This document shows, one piece after another, positions 1 through 10,946 of a DNA stretch of 64,000 bases. The notes under the pieces are model-generated. The model had not been told where the DNA came from. It saw only the letters and a program-made list of their open reading frames with translations, and did no database searches. Where the stretch lies: assembly GCA_009103225.1 (NCBI GenBank), contig RHPI01000810.1:913387-977386 (forward strand), in the 5' to 3' direction. The position numbers were made by a program, and so were the translations under genes. Numbering within the stretch: the stretch's first letter is position 1; each line of letters starts with the position of its first letter. This stretch comes from Chlorokybus atmophyticus. Lineage: Eukaryota > Plantae > Mesostigma and Chlorokybus algae.

Positions 1-882
1 TCCCCCCTTCTCCCGCGCTCCACAGAATCGCCGCTGCCCTCAAGAGAGCCATACACACGTGCGCGTGTGCACGCTTACACGTCAATATACGCAGCAGCGC
101 CTACACACGCACGCATGCACATGCAGTTGCACGCATTCATACATGACATCTACGGACTGAATGGTTGCATCATGTGCACGCGCTGGTGACAAACCCATGT
201 TGCTGGTTTTGCATTCATTGTGTATTGCGGTTGTACATGTGCTCGTGGTGGTTGTGGACTTCAAGTAGGTTGAGTGTACATCGTAGCATGCTTGAAGTGG
301 AAGAACATACCCCCAGCACATGCTCACATTGCTGCACACCACAGCATAAGCCTCTCACAAGCGGCCCCACTCTCAAATGCGCTCGTCGTTACAACCTTCG
401 AGGACAAGGTAGCCACTTTGATGTTTGACAAGCTCCTAGATCTTGCCTTAAGCACATTATATAACTTGCATTAGGCAATGTACACTGAACCCATCAGATT
501 GCATGTAAGAGGCATATGGATTTAAATGGTATATATCTTACACCTATTGAGTAGTTGAGTGAATTTTTGCACGTATGCATGCGCGGTATCATATTTACCA
601 CGCGCCCATGATGCGGCTGGGAATTTAACTTATATGTATTCAGCAGATCGAGTGTAACATATTGAATGAGATCATGTGGCATATGCGTGCATGGTTGCTA
701 ATAACACTTATGCACACACATGCCATCACCTACGGCAGGAGATGAATAGATGTGCATATGTACTCTAATGAAAACAGCATTATTGAGTATAAGTAGTGGA
801 CAATGGATCACCGTAAAGGAGCAGTGTGGTTTATACTTTTACATTTAAATAACGGTTTCATTGTTGCAAATTCCAACGATAC

Positions 883-1409
883 TGTAACGGGAGCAATAAT
901 AATAGGGGTATTATTGCTACATAAATAACACATTTTGTATGAATAAGTATTTAAATATGCTTATTTATACCTCTTTTCTACGGTTCCTTGCTTATTAAAA
1001 GCTATGATGCTTTATCATAGCTTAAATAAGTCCCAATGGGTGTAGAACCGCTTATTCAAGCCTATTTAGTGTCACATTTAATATAATGTGATCACTATCT
1101 CGTTAGGTACCTTATATTAGGTATCTTTGGATAGATACCTTATCGATAGGTACCTTATCTGAGCTGTGATTGGCTCACGCTAGATTTCCTAACTACCCTA
1201 TCTGTAGGGTCGATGTCTAGTTGTGAGTTAATTATCGAGAGGTATATAGTTAATGTACTCTTGATATAAAAGGTCACATCAATCTGATGTGGGGACTTTC
1301 AGTTCTCTGCTCAGTGGCGGCCACGCCGTTGAAAGGCTTGTCATAGGCGGTGTGGGTGTTGGGGTAAGAGGATTGAAGGGGCATCACCGGCGACGGTGGT
1401 GCTGTTACA
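883..1409 (+). repeat. 5' LTR of chromovirus
   Basis: Aligns by eye along its whole length with 7933-8457, with scattered substitutions; TG...CA termini. Confidence 0.95.
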
Positions 1410-2330
1410 TTGGTATCCAGGAGCTGGGGGGTGACGTGGGTACTTATAGGGGGCGGCGACCTGCTTTCGGCCAATCAGAAGGCGTCGGTGGCGGCCTCCT
1501 ATTCGTCCACGCAGCTCAGGCTTCAAGTTCGCTTCCCTGCGCTACCTCCACGTTGAAGCCACCTATCAAAGAGGCGGCCTCTCCACGTGTGAGGTACCAT
1601 CACACACGTCGGTGACTTGCCTGCTTGCCTGGTTCTTGCCAGGTGCACGTGTGTATTTTCATGCACATCATACAGTGACTTGCCAGTGCACTATAATTAC
1701 TTGCAGTGATTGCCTGTCATTGCATGCGATGATTGCGGCTTGCTAGTGTGCCATCACTGTTTGTCACACTTAGTGCACTATCATTGCTTGCAGTGATTGC
1801 CTGTCATTGCATGCGGTGATTGCTTGTCATTGTGCTGGCCAGTGCATGTCACGGTTAGTCACCGTACGGCTTGCCTGTTGCATGCCTGTGGCTTGCCTGT
1901 TGCATGCCTGTGACGTACCTGTGACCTGCCAGCGGCTTTACCGAGACGTTTGACTCAGGTCCGTAAGTTCCAAACCAAACTGTTCCCAAACCCTCCCCCT
2001 CTGGCTTCGGCCTGAAGATCGGGACTAGGTTAGAACAGTTGTGGGGAGGTTCTAGGACATTCTGTTCCCAAACCCTGTTAGTCTGAAACCCTCCCCCTCT
2101 GGCTTCGGCCTGGAGATTGGGACTTGGTTGAGGACAACACAGGGTTAGGACATTCTGGTCCCACTCAGACTTGTTCTGTCTGGTGACACTCCAGATCCAA
2201 CCTTTCCTACTTTGGGATTAGTTTGGACTCTGCTTGGGACTTTTACAACTTAGGGTCATTTTTATCCTCTCGTTGAACTTAGTCCATTGGTGAGGTTCTC
2301 ACCATCCCATTCTGCCTGTTTTGCAAACAA

Positions 2331-3505
2331 ATGGAAGAAAACTCGGTGCCCACCTCAAAAGGGGAGAGCTCGAAAAAAGAGCAACCTTCCCGCGAGGAGG
2401 AATTTCCATCCATGAAAGATATTCCGAATCCGGATGATGCACCTGATGAGTCTCAAGCTGCCTAAGCTGCGAAAGCTTCAGTGGATAATAGATCACCTTT
2501 TATATTCCCTGAGTTTTCTATTCGCATGACACAGCAGGACTTAATGGAGCATTTCCTCAGCACCTATAATCAGGACCCTCGTAAGGCAATTATCTCACTT
2601 GTGAACTTTCTCTTCCTTTTGGCAGAAAAAGTTTCAAAGCTCACCACCTTTATGGGGCGAGATTGGGAGGGGCAGATGGGTGAAGGCAAACGTTTTCTGA
2701 ACATGATCGAGCGTCTTCAACGTGCTGATGGTGGTCCACCTGTTCAAGCTCTTGCTCGTCCTGCCGAGTTTATTCCCAACAAGCAAGCGGCCATCTTCGA
2801 CTGGCTTGTGAAGCTGCGACACTATGTCAACTCCCTTCACATTTCTGAGGAGGGGAAATTGCGTGTAGCTGAGTTGCTGGTCCAAACGATGCTCTGGCAG
2901 AGTGGTACCGCCGTAAGCAACGGGATACAAACCTCGGGCGGGAAGTAAATCAGTTGTGCTCTTTCATGGAGCAGCGCTATGGTGGCGCAGATCCTGCCCA
3001 GGTTGCTCGCAACCAGCTGCACAACCTGCGTCAGAACGAGCGTCCGGTTCAACAGTATATCCAGGATTTTCAATCGTTTGTCAGCAAGATCAATGCTGGC
3101 AAACTACCTATCAGTGATGCTGATCAGCTGAATATGTTCAGGCGTGGCTTGGACACAGATCTCGTGCAGCATGTGGCCGTCAACCCCGCCAGTTTGCAAG
3201 AGTGGGCCTCGACGGATTTACCAATGCTGATGCAGATGGTTGCTGCTGTGGACAGTGTAAAGCGCTCTCACGCCAACATGCAAACCACGGCAAAAGAGGC
3301 AGCCCCGGTTTCAGCTGCAAAGCGCCCGGCCACTGACAACAAACCTTTTGTGAAAAAGGCAAAACCATCTCATCCTACTAGCCCCTACAACGCGGTCAAA
3401 TCCATCATCACTTGCAGTTTCTGCAAGAAGACAGGTTATAGGGAGGCTAAGTGCTATGCAAAACAGAATGCACAGAAGGCCAAGCAGCAGAGAGACAAGA
3501 AATAG
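2331..3505 (+). pseudogene. Gypsy gag (one premature TAA near 2463, frameshift near 2900-2950, degenerate CCHC knuckle)
   Basis: ATG at 2331 is in frame with ORF 2481-2948. ORF 2954-3505 has the retrotransposon gag pattern (ARNQLHNLRQNERPVQQYIQDF) and CSFCKKTGYREAKC (CX2CX4H/YX4C). Confidence 0.85.
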
Positions 3506-4625
3506 GAATTGTCCGTGGTTGGTAGCTTAGTCGAGCAGAACGACTTTAAAAACTCTGTACTTCTTGAAAAAGTTTCCTCTCTTTGTGATGTATCAGATGT
3601 ATGGACTGATATGAGCACACCACCTGTGTTGACAAATGCAAACGGTTGTGTTTTAATCAATGTTCCATTCTCTAAATTAGTAACTGCTGTTAAGCGCTTA
3701 CACGAGTTGCAATTACAACATGCTGTCACTGCATGTGTAGTTATCCCTCGATATCATGGCCCGTGGTCGCGATTGTTGAAGGGGGGAGAAGTAATCATGC
3801 AACTCTCACTCAAAGATACAGGAGCTTCACCGTTGCACGTGATCTTTATCAAGTCTGCTACCAATCACGGCACTCCGACATTAGCTACATTTGATAGTCA
3901 CTCAGTGCCACTCAAATGGAGATTTGAGAGTCAACTTATGGGTACACCATGTATAGCATTGATTGATACTGGTGCAAACCATAACTTTGTTGAACATGCT
4001 TGGGTGAAACGTAATAACATTCCTTTCACACCAGTCACGTCATATGTACGTGCTGCTGGTTCCACTCAATGCAATGGGAGAGGTAAAAGGGTGTTTTGTT
4101 ATTAATGGCCATAAAACCCGACCAGCCTTCATCGGGTGGATATTGGTATCCCCGGGGTGGATGTTGTTTTAGGGGAACAATGGCACACTGAAGCAGGTTT
4201 ACAATTAAACTCTCGAGCCAATACGTGCACCCTTCGTAAAGGGAAACGTAGGATGACTTTAACAGCATCTGTACTCGCACGTATACCTCGCGATAATGTT
4301 CCGCTCCTCTCTGCTATGCAATTGAAACGTTGCATGCGTAAACGTGAGGAAGTATACTTACAGCACTTAGGACAGGTGGAAACACCTGCTGAACAGGCTA
4401 TCAGTGACCCTGTGGTGCAGTCACTTACGGAACAATACGCAGATGTATTTCAGGATGACTCCCAGAGTTGCCTCCCGATCGAAACATACATCATACCATT
4501 CCGTTAGAGGAGGGGGCAAAGCCACCTTGGCGGCCTATATACAGGCTAAGTCCCTTAGAACACGCGGAGATGGAAAAACAGCTCAAAGAGTTATTAGACA
4601 AAGGTTTAATAACAAAGAGCATATC

Positions 4626-4980
4626 TGTAAGGAGAGGGGGTGCTCCTCCTCCTTTTAATCCCCTACCCCAACACCACCACCAGCCACGCCGACCCTACCG
4701 CCGCCGCCAGGGGCAACTGCCGGAGCAGAAGATCCCCTGGCTATGGCGGCTGCTGCGTTAGCAGTGCCGCCATACAGCTGATATCGACATGAGACTCATG
4801 TCTCATGTCGATATCAGTGTTACTTAACTGTAACACTACATTAGGGCCTTAACACTAGGTTAACGGCCCTAATACGGCTTAATTGGCTGTATATACCCGT
4901 TGGGACCCTTATTTAATCCTAAATAAGGGCGGGGAACCTCTATGGAGGTAGCACTCCGTTACATTCCCCCCCACTTAGGT
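4626..4980 (-). mobile_element. 3' LTR (4626-4963) plus PPT of a second, inverted chromovirus nested in the RT gene; interior collapsed in the assembly
   Basis: TG...CA bounded segment; minus-strand PPT AAGTGGGGGGGAA abuts it; 5-bp TSD ATATC at 4621-4625 and 4982-4986, separated by a single N at 4981; host RT resumes after the TSD ([15 protein letters not shown]). Confidence 0.85.
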
Positions 4981-5159
4981 NATATCTCCTTTTGGTGCAC
5001 TAATTTTGTTTGTGCCCAAAAAGAATGGCAAGCTACGCATGTGTATTGATTACCGTGCGTTGTACAAGGTTACTGTGAAAAACAGATACCCTTTGCCTCG
5101 GATTGATGATTTGTTTGATAAGCTGTCAGGTGCAACAGTGTTCAGCACGCTGGATTTGN

Positions 5160-5461
5160 TTCCCCCCCACTTAGGTTTCAATGTCCTCATTAAAGGGTTA
5201 GCAAAGCCCCACCATGAGCACCGAGAACCAAAGCAGTGAGAGAACCAGGGCCGAAGCGGTAAAGATGTCTGCCAGCACCCTTTTACCGTCCGCGTGTGGA
5301 CACAGCACTCCAGTACCCCCGAAGAATCTCTTGGCAGTTGGTAAGATTCCTTTCGGGCTCCCACGTGTTGTGCTCAACACCATACCCTTTCCATTTCACC
5401 AAGTAAGACGGCGCGCGTCCGCGTCGAGGCTTACGGTGACTCAGGATTGCGTCCACCTCAT
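5160..5461 (-). mobile_element. Misplaced 3' end (chromodomain, 3' UTR, PPT) of the nested inverted chromovirus, between two single Ns
   Basis: Minus-strand EVDAILSHRK...YLVKWKGYGVEHNTWEPERNL, ending in the same CCCCCCCACTTAGGT tract as 4966-4980; flanked by N at 5159 and 5462. Confidence 0.8.
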
Positions 5462-7932
5462 NTCGCACCGGCTACATTTTAAACAGCAATGAACGCGGTG
5501 TTTGCTGATGAATTGTACAAGTTTGTATTGGTATATCTCGACGACATTATTGTGTTTAGCAAAACCCGGGAGGACCACCACAGGCATGTGGAATTGGTTC
5601 TGGCTAAGTTACGCGAACACAAATTCTATGCCACCCTGTCCAAATGCAACTTTGCAAAGGATGAACTACCCTTTTTAGGGCATGTGATTGGCAAAGAAGG
5701 ATTGAAATCAGATCCTCAAAAGGTGTGTGCGGTAAAGGATTGGCCACCACCCAAGGATGTACATCAATTACGTGCTTTTTTGGGGCTAGCCAATTATTTC
5801 CGCAAGTTCATGCGAGCATATTCTGGCATGGCAAATTTTTTAACATCTTTACTAAGAAAAGATGTTAAATTTGTGTGGACGGAGGCACACGAGGTTGCTT
5901 TTACACGCATTAAAGATGCATTAACACAAGCCCCTGTGTTAGCCTTCCCCGACCACACCAAGCCTTTTGTGGTGATCAGTGATGCTTCCACCATTGAGTG
6001 TGGGGCAGTCCTTGTACAGGATGACAGACCATGTGCATATGAAAGCAGAAAGTTCATTCCTGCTGAACGTAATTACACAACCACTGAGCAGGAATTGCTC
6101 AGGGTGGTGCACGCGCTGCGCACATGGCGTTGCTACTTGGAAGGGGTGGAGTTTTCAGTGATTACTGATCACAACCCGCTCACATTCTTTCATACGCAAC
6201 AAAATCTGTCGAGGCGGCAAGCTAGGTGGAATGAAATCATTTCTCATTTCACTTTCACTTAGCAATATCGTCCGGGTCGCACCAATGTGGCGGATTCACT
6301 ACGTCGCAGCCCTGCTCTTTTGGCACTTACGCGCTCTCGAAGTACGCGTAATGTACAACAGCCTGAAGATCCTTTAAAGGAAGTGTCCGCAGGTTATAAC
6401 TCAGATGATTGGTTTAGCAGTCAAACCAACTTGCAACAGCTTACTGCTGTTAGCAATCTGTGGTATAAAGGGGAGCAGTTGGCAATTCCCAACTCGGGCG
6501 ACTTGCGTAAGCAATGCTTACATTCAGTGCATGACCCGCCGTATGCTGGGCATTTGAGAAAACACAAAACACTTAAATCTGCGCAACAGTTGTACTGGTG
6601 GCCGTCAATGTCAGCTGACGTGGATCAATATGTTCGCACATGTGACGTGTGTCAACGTAATAAGCCACTACGACAAAAACAAGCGGGATTGCTTAAACCA
6701 TTGGCAATTCCAGAACAAAAGTGGGATAGTGTCAGTATGAATTTGATTACTGACCTACCTGAAACAGCAGCTAAACACACTGCTATTGTGGTTTTTGTCG
6801 ACCGTTTGACCAAAATGGTGCATTTTGCCCCGTGTTGCACAACTGTAAGTGCACGGGACTTGGCACACTTATTTGTGTCCACGGTCTTTCGCGTTTACGA
6901 TGTACCGCGTGAACTTGTCACAGATCGTGATCCTCGGTTTGTCTCCAAGTTTTGGCGAGAAGTCTGTGAATTGTTGGGGGTAAAACAAAGCATGTCGACT
7001 GCTTTCCACCCGCAAACGGACGGTCAAACTCAGCGAGCAAATCAAATACTGGAAGAAATGCTTCGCCACTATGTGGCTCCTAATCATGCTGATTGGGACA
7101 GGTACTTGCCAATGGCAGAGTTCGCTGTGAACAATGCGTGGCAGGAAAGTGTAAAGGAAACCCCATTTTTCTTGAATTATGGGATTCGCCCGAACACACC
7201 AGCGTCATTGCGTGTACCTCGCAATGCCCTGACTGTACCAGCGGCAAAGGAATTTGCCACTGATATGCAAGAAAATTTGGCTCGAGCCAAGCTGTGTCTG
7301 TCAGAAGCATGTGATAGGCAAAAAGCTTATGCTGATACACATCGAAAAATGGCCACTTTCGATGTCGGCGATAAAGTTTTGCATAACGCAAAGAACATAA
7401 CCATAAAAAATACGGGTGCTCGCAAGTTGCTGCCCCGATGGTTGGGTCCATTCTCTATCACTGATAGAGTTGGTACGCACGCTTATCAACTGCAATTGCC
7501 CCCAAGTGTGCGTATACACAAAGTGTTCCATGTAAACTTGTTGAAACCTTACCGCTCAGACGGTAGAACACAGCCTCCACCACCGCCAGTTGAGGTGGAC
7601 AGCGAGCTCGAATACGAGGTGGAAGCTATATTGAACCATAAGCTAAATGGTCGAAGACGCGCAACTCGCTATTTGGTGAAATGGAAAGGGTATGGCCCGG
7701 AACATAACATTTGGGAGCCCGACAGGCATCTTACGCACTGCCGCGAGTTGCTTCGAGCTTATTGGGATTTATGTCCTGTCCCATAAACTGTGGGCTTGGT
7801 TTTATGACAGACTGGCAGTGCAGTTTCATTACCACCCTGTCATTTCCTGCTATCTCACTGGTTACAATTACTCGAAATCAAGCCTGATCAACTTGAGTTC
7901 AACGAGGACGTTGAAAACCAAAGTGGGGGGAA

Positions 7933-8457
7933 TGTAACGAGAGCAATAATAATAGGGGTATTATTGCTACCTAAATAACACATTTTGTATGAATAAGTAT
8001 TTAAATATGCTTATTTATACCTCTTTTCTACGGTTCCTCGCTTATTAAGGCTATGATGCTGTATCATAGCTTAAATAAGTCCCAATGGGTGTAGAACCGC
8101 TTATTCAAGCCTATTTACTGTCACATTTGATATAATGTGATCACTATCTCGTTGGGTACCTTACATTAGGTATCTTTGGATAGATACCTTATCGATAGGT
8201 ACCTTATCTGAGCTGTGATTAGCTCACGCTAGATTTCCTAAGTACCCTATCTGTAGGGTCGATGTCTAGTTGTGAGTTAATTATCGAGAGGTATATAGTT
8301 GATATACTCTTGATATAAAAGGTCACATCAATCTGATGTGGGGACTTTCAGTTCTCTGCTCAGTGGCGGCCACGCCGTTGAAAGGCTTGTCCTAGGCGGT
8401 GTGGGTGTTGGGGTAGAGGATTGAAGGGGCATCACCGGCGACGGTGGTGCTGTTATA
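7933..8457 (+). repeat. 3' LTR of chromovirus
   Basis: Follows the PPT; the terminal CA is mutated to TA; followed by TSD GATAC. Confidence 0.95.
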
Positions 8458-9429
8458 GATACCCTTATTATCAGATTTGCAAGAATATTCATCGTTGCAT
8501 TCGTTGCCTCGAACATGCGTGATTCTGTACTGCATATACGAAGACTCGTGAAGGCCACATCAACATCAAACCCTTGACACACAAATTGCAGAGGGATTGA
8601 GGTTCAACAGCATTAACAGCCTCGCAGCACGACACCACACCTTACATTATTAGCTCTTGAACCAAATGCCATATTTGCGCTTTACAATAAATATGGCATT
8701 CAACATATAGAAGATTAATAAACCTTTGCATAGAGCGACAAGACAGTTGCAATCAGGCTTAGAAGTCCCTTGATGTAATTGCTGCTATTTTAGCTAAGGT
8801 ACCCTCGCTGACAACACATACTGCATTGATTTCTCGATCAGTGATCATTTTTTGTGCCGCTTCTCTCATCTTTAAGAAGTTTCCCTATTACATTCGTCTA
8901 TGCTTGACTAGAACAAAGTCAAATGTGACAAAAATGTGTGTGGCACATTAAGTATTCAACTTGTTTATTATTAACGGCCCCGGTCATTTGCTCTGACGTT
9001 TCCTTTCTTTCGTGGCTCCATTTTGTTGCAAGAGTAGATGTAACCATTTATACGTGCAAGCTGTATAAGCATTTATTTATGCTCATGTATAGCCTATACA
9101 AACTCAATAGGTCGTTATATTTTTGTAAGTGATGAAAAACTTAATGATAAGATGTATCAATTGCAAGGATGACGAAGATGACAAAATATAATAAAGAAAT
9201 ATGTGTGAATGTTTAATAAAAGCAATGAAAAATTGCCTGCCCTTTTCACGACTGATAGCGCAATAATCTCATGACGAGCTTTGTTCAACAAAAACGGCTG
9301 TGTGAACCAGTCATTGCAGTGCATGCTTATTCCATGCACAACCTGTCACATCAGCCATGTAACATAAATAATATCCATACCATATCCGCATGGTGCTAGA
9401 TACATGTCGCAGTTATGGAGATGAACCCC

Positions 9430-9600
9430 CACGTTGGGGCCCCACCCCATTGCGCACGTCCGTTGTGCCCACCCCTTCCTGATTGGTCTGCAGCGGGCGC
9501 GCGGACGTGGAAAGCAAGCGTAGCCCACGGTACGGCAGTAAGCTAGCCGTTGTGTGCGGATCACGCGGGAGATCTTGCGCGTTGTCGACGTGGACAACTT
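9430..9600 (+). promoter_or_regulatory. CpG-rich upstream region with several ACGT-core (ABRE/G-box-like) sites
   Basis: CACGTT 9430, CACGTC 9455, GACGTGG 9504 and 9587, reverse CCAAT at 9481, upstream of a COR413-family gene. Function is inferred only. Confidence 0.35.
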
Positions 9601-10101
9601 GGCTACTTTTCCGTACGAGCCGCTCGCGCGCGCGGGTAACAAATGACCCCCGACTTGAAATTTCCGTTCCCTGCGCTGAAACCAGTCCCGCGCGCCTCCG
9701 TCACATCAGAGCCCGTGTGATCCGCCCGCGCTGTCGCGATGGGGCCCCACCGTCCATTGCAAGCAATTGGGCTGGCGGCTAGAATTCGCTAGCTCGCGCC
9801 GTTGCGCGCGCGCGGGGAGCACACCACTCGACACTTGCGACTCGCGCGTTGCGCGCGCGCGTGTCGCGTCCGGGGTAGGGACCCTCCGTCTCGCGAACTC
9901 TCCTTGCCCGCGAAAACCTCGCGACTGGGGTCGTGAACCGGGTCACGTCCTGCACTATTTTTCCCTTGCTGTTGCTCCTCCCGCCTCCGCATTGCCGAGG
10001 CAAGCTGCTGTCTGTCTCTCGCGGCGTTGTCGTGCGTGGTAGTGTGGTGGACGTCGCGGTGCAGCGCCGGGGTGCGTCGACCGAGGAGGAGGCTGGTGGC
10101 C

Positions 10102-10946
10102 ATGGCGGCCGTCGGTACCGGGGTGGTGGTGGTGGTGGCGGCAGCTCCCAGTGCTGCTGCGCATGCGCCTCGCATGCTGCCCAGCGTAGCGGCCTGCGCC
10201 AGGCGCCCAGCTGGCAGGGCGACAGCACTGGTGGTGGGCGGAGGTAGTAAGGCGTCCCCCTGGAGCGCTGGAGCCGCCGGGGCAGGAGCATTGCAGCGCA
10301 AGGTGGCGCTGCCGCCGTCATCCTCGTCGTCCCGTCGTCGCCCGACGCAGTGCCGTGTGGTGCTTGCCATCAACCCCATCACCGCCCAGTGGCTGATATC
10401 CGGGGTGTCGGTGGCGCTGCTTGCGGCGGGGCGGGGGCGCGGCCCACTGCTGGCTGCCCTGGCCGCCATCGCCGCCCCCAGCCAGGTGGTGGAGTGGCTG
10501 CGCACCAACACGGGACGCTACCTGGCACTGGCCCTGGTCGTGCTGCGCTCCGTCGACTGGCGACGCACCGCAGACGACGTAGACGACGCCGTCAAGAGAT
10601 TCCTCAACCTACCCACAGCTGTCCTCCTGGCACTCACAGTCGCACCCACGCAGCTCCTCGCATACAGGTAGGGGCACATTGTCGTGAAATGCACTGCACT
10701 GCACTGCACAGCACATGCCATGCCATGCCGGTTGCTGTGCTATCACTTCAACTGTGTTATGCTGTGTTTGGGTCAATCAGGTACACAACGGCTGCTGCGG
10801 TGATCGCGCTGAGCATCAGTCTGTTCCTTGGCTACGAGCACGCCAGCTCCGTCGGCAGCTCGCGCCTGTTCAACCCCAGCGACAACGCCGTCACCACCAT
10901 TGGATATGTTGGACTCGCCGTCCTCTCACTCGTTGCCCTCGCATGA
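10102..10946 (+). CDS. COR413: COR413/WCOR413-family cold-regulated membrane protein, plastid-targeted type; exons 10102-10667 and 10781-10946
   Basis: GCCATGG start; Ala/Ser-rich transit-peptide-like N-terminus; GT-AG intron 10668-10780 keeps the frame. Spliced product QWLISGVSVALLAAGRG...AAPSQVVEWLRTNTG...LNLPTAVLLALTVAPTQLLAYRYTTAAAVIALSISLFLGYEH matches the recalled pattern of plant COR413-IM/TM proteins. Confidence 0.8.

Larger units (their letters stand above)
3506..7786 (+). pseudogene. Gypsy pol: Dam-like segment, aspartic protease, RT (interrupted), RNase H, integrase, chromodomain
   Basis: ALIDTGA (protease); [24 protein letters not shown] (RT); DAS and YESRK (RNase H); HHCC zinc finger; integrase D,D,E decayed to SMNLIT / TDRD / GQTQR; EYEVEAIL...YLVKWKGY (chromodomain). 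Several frameshifts and TAA/TAG stops. Confidence 0.93.
883..8457 (+). mobile_element. Full-length, decayed Ty3/Gypsy chromovirus LTR retrotransposon
   Basis: Near-identical LTRs 883-1409 (TGTAAC...GTTACA) and 7933-8457 (TGTAAC...GTTATA). 5-bp TSD GATAC at 878-882 and 8458-8462. PBS-like TGGTATC at 1411 and PPT AAAAGTGGGGGGAA before the 3' LTR. Internal order is gag-PR-RT-RH-INT-chromodomain. Confidence 0.96.

Noticed and set aside
3500-3514. In-frame TAG between gag and pol (AAA TAG GAA TTG) as a programmed read-through site
   Set aside because: The element has other transition-derived stops (2463, about 5480, 6260) and the context is not the CARYYA read-through motif. It cannot be distinguished from decay without other copies.
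8460-8890. CBS-domain-like peptide (EAAQKMITDREINAVCVVSEG...ITSRDF) on the minus strand at the chromovirus target site
   Set aside because: Short, bounded by stops, and joining across the TSD gave no convincing continuous protein.
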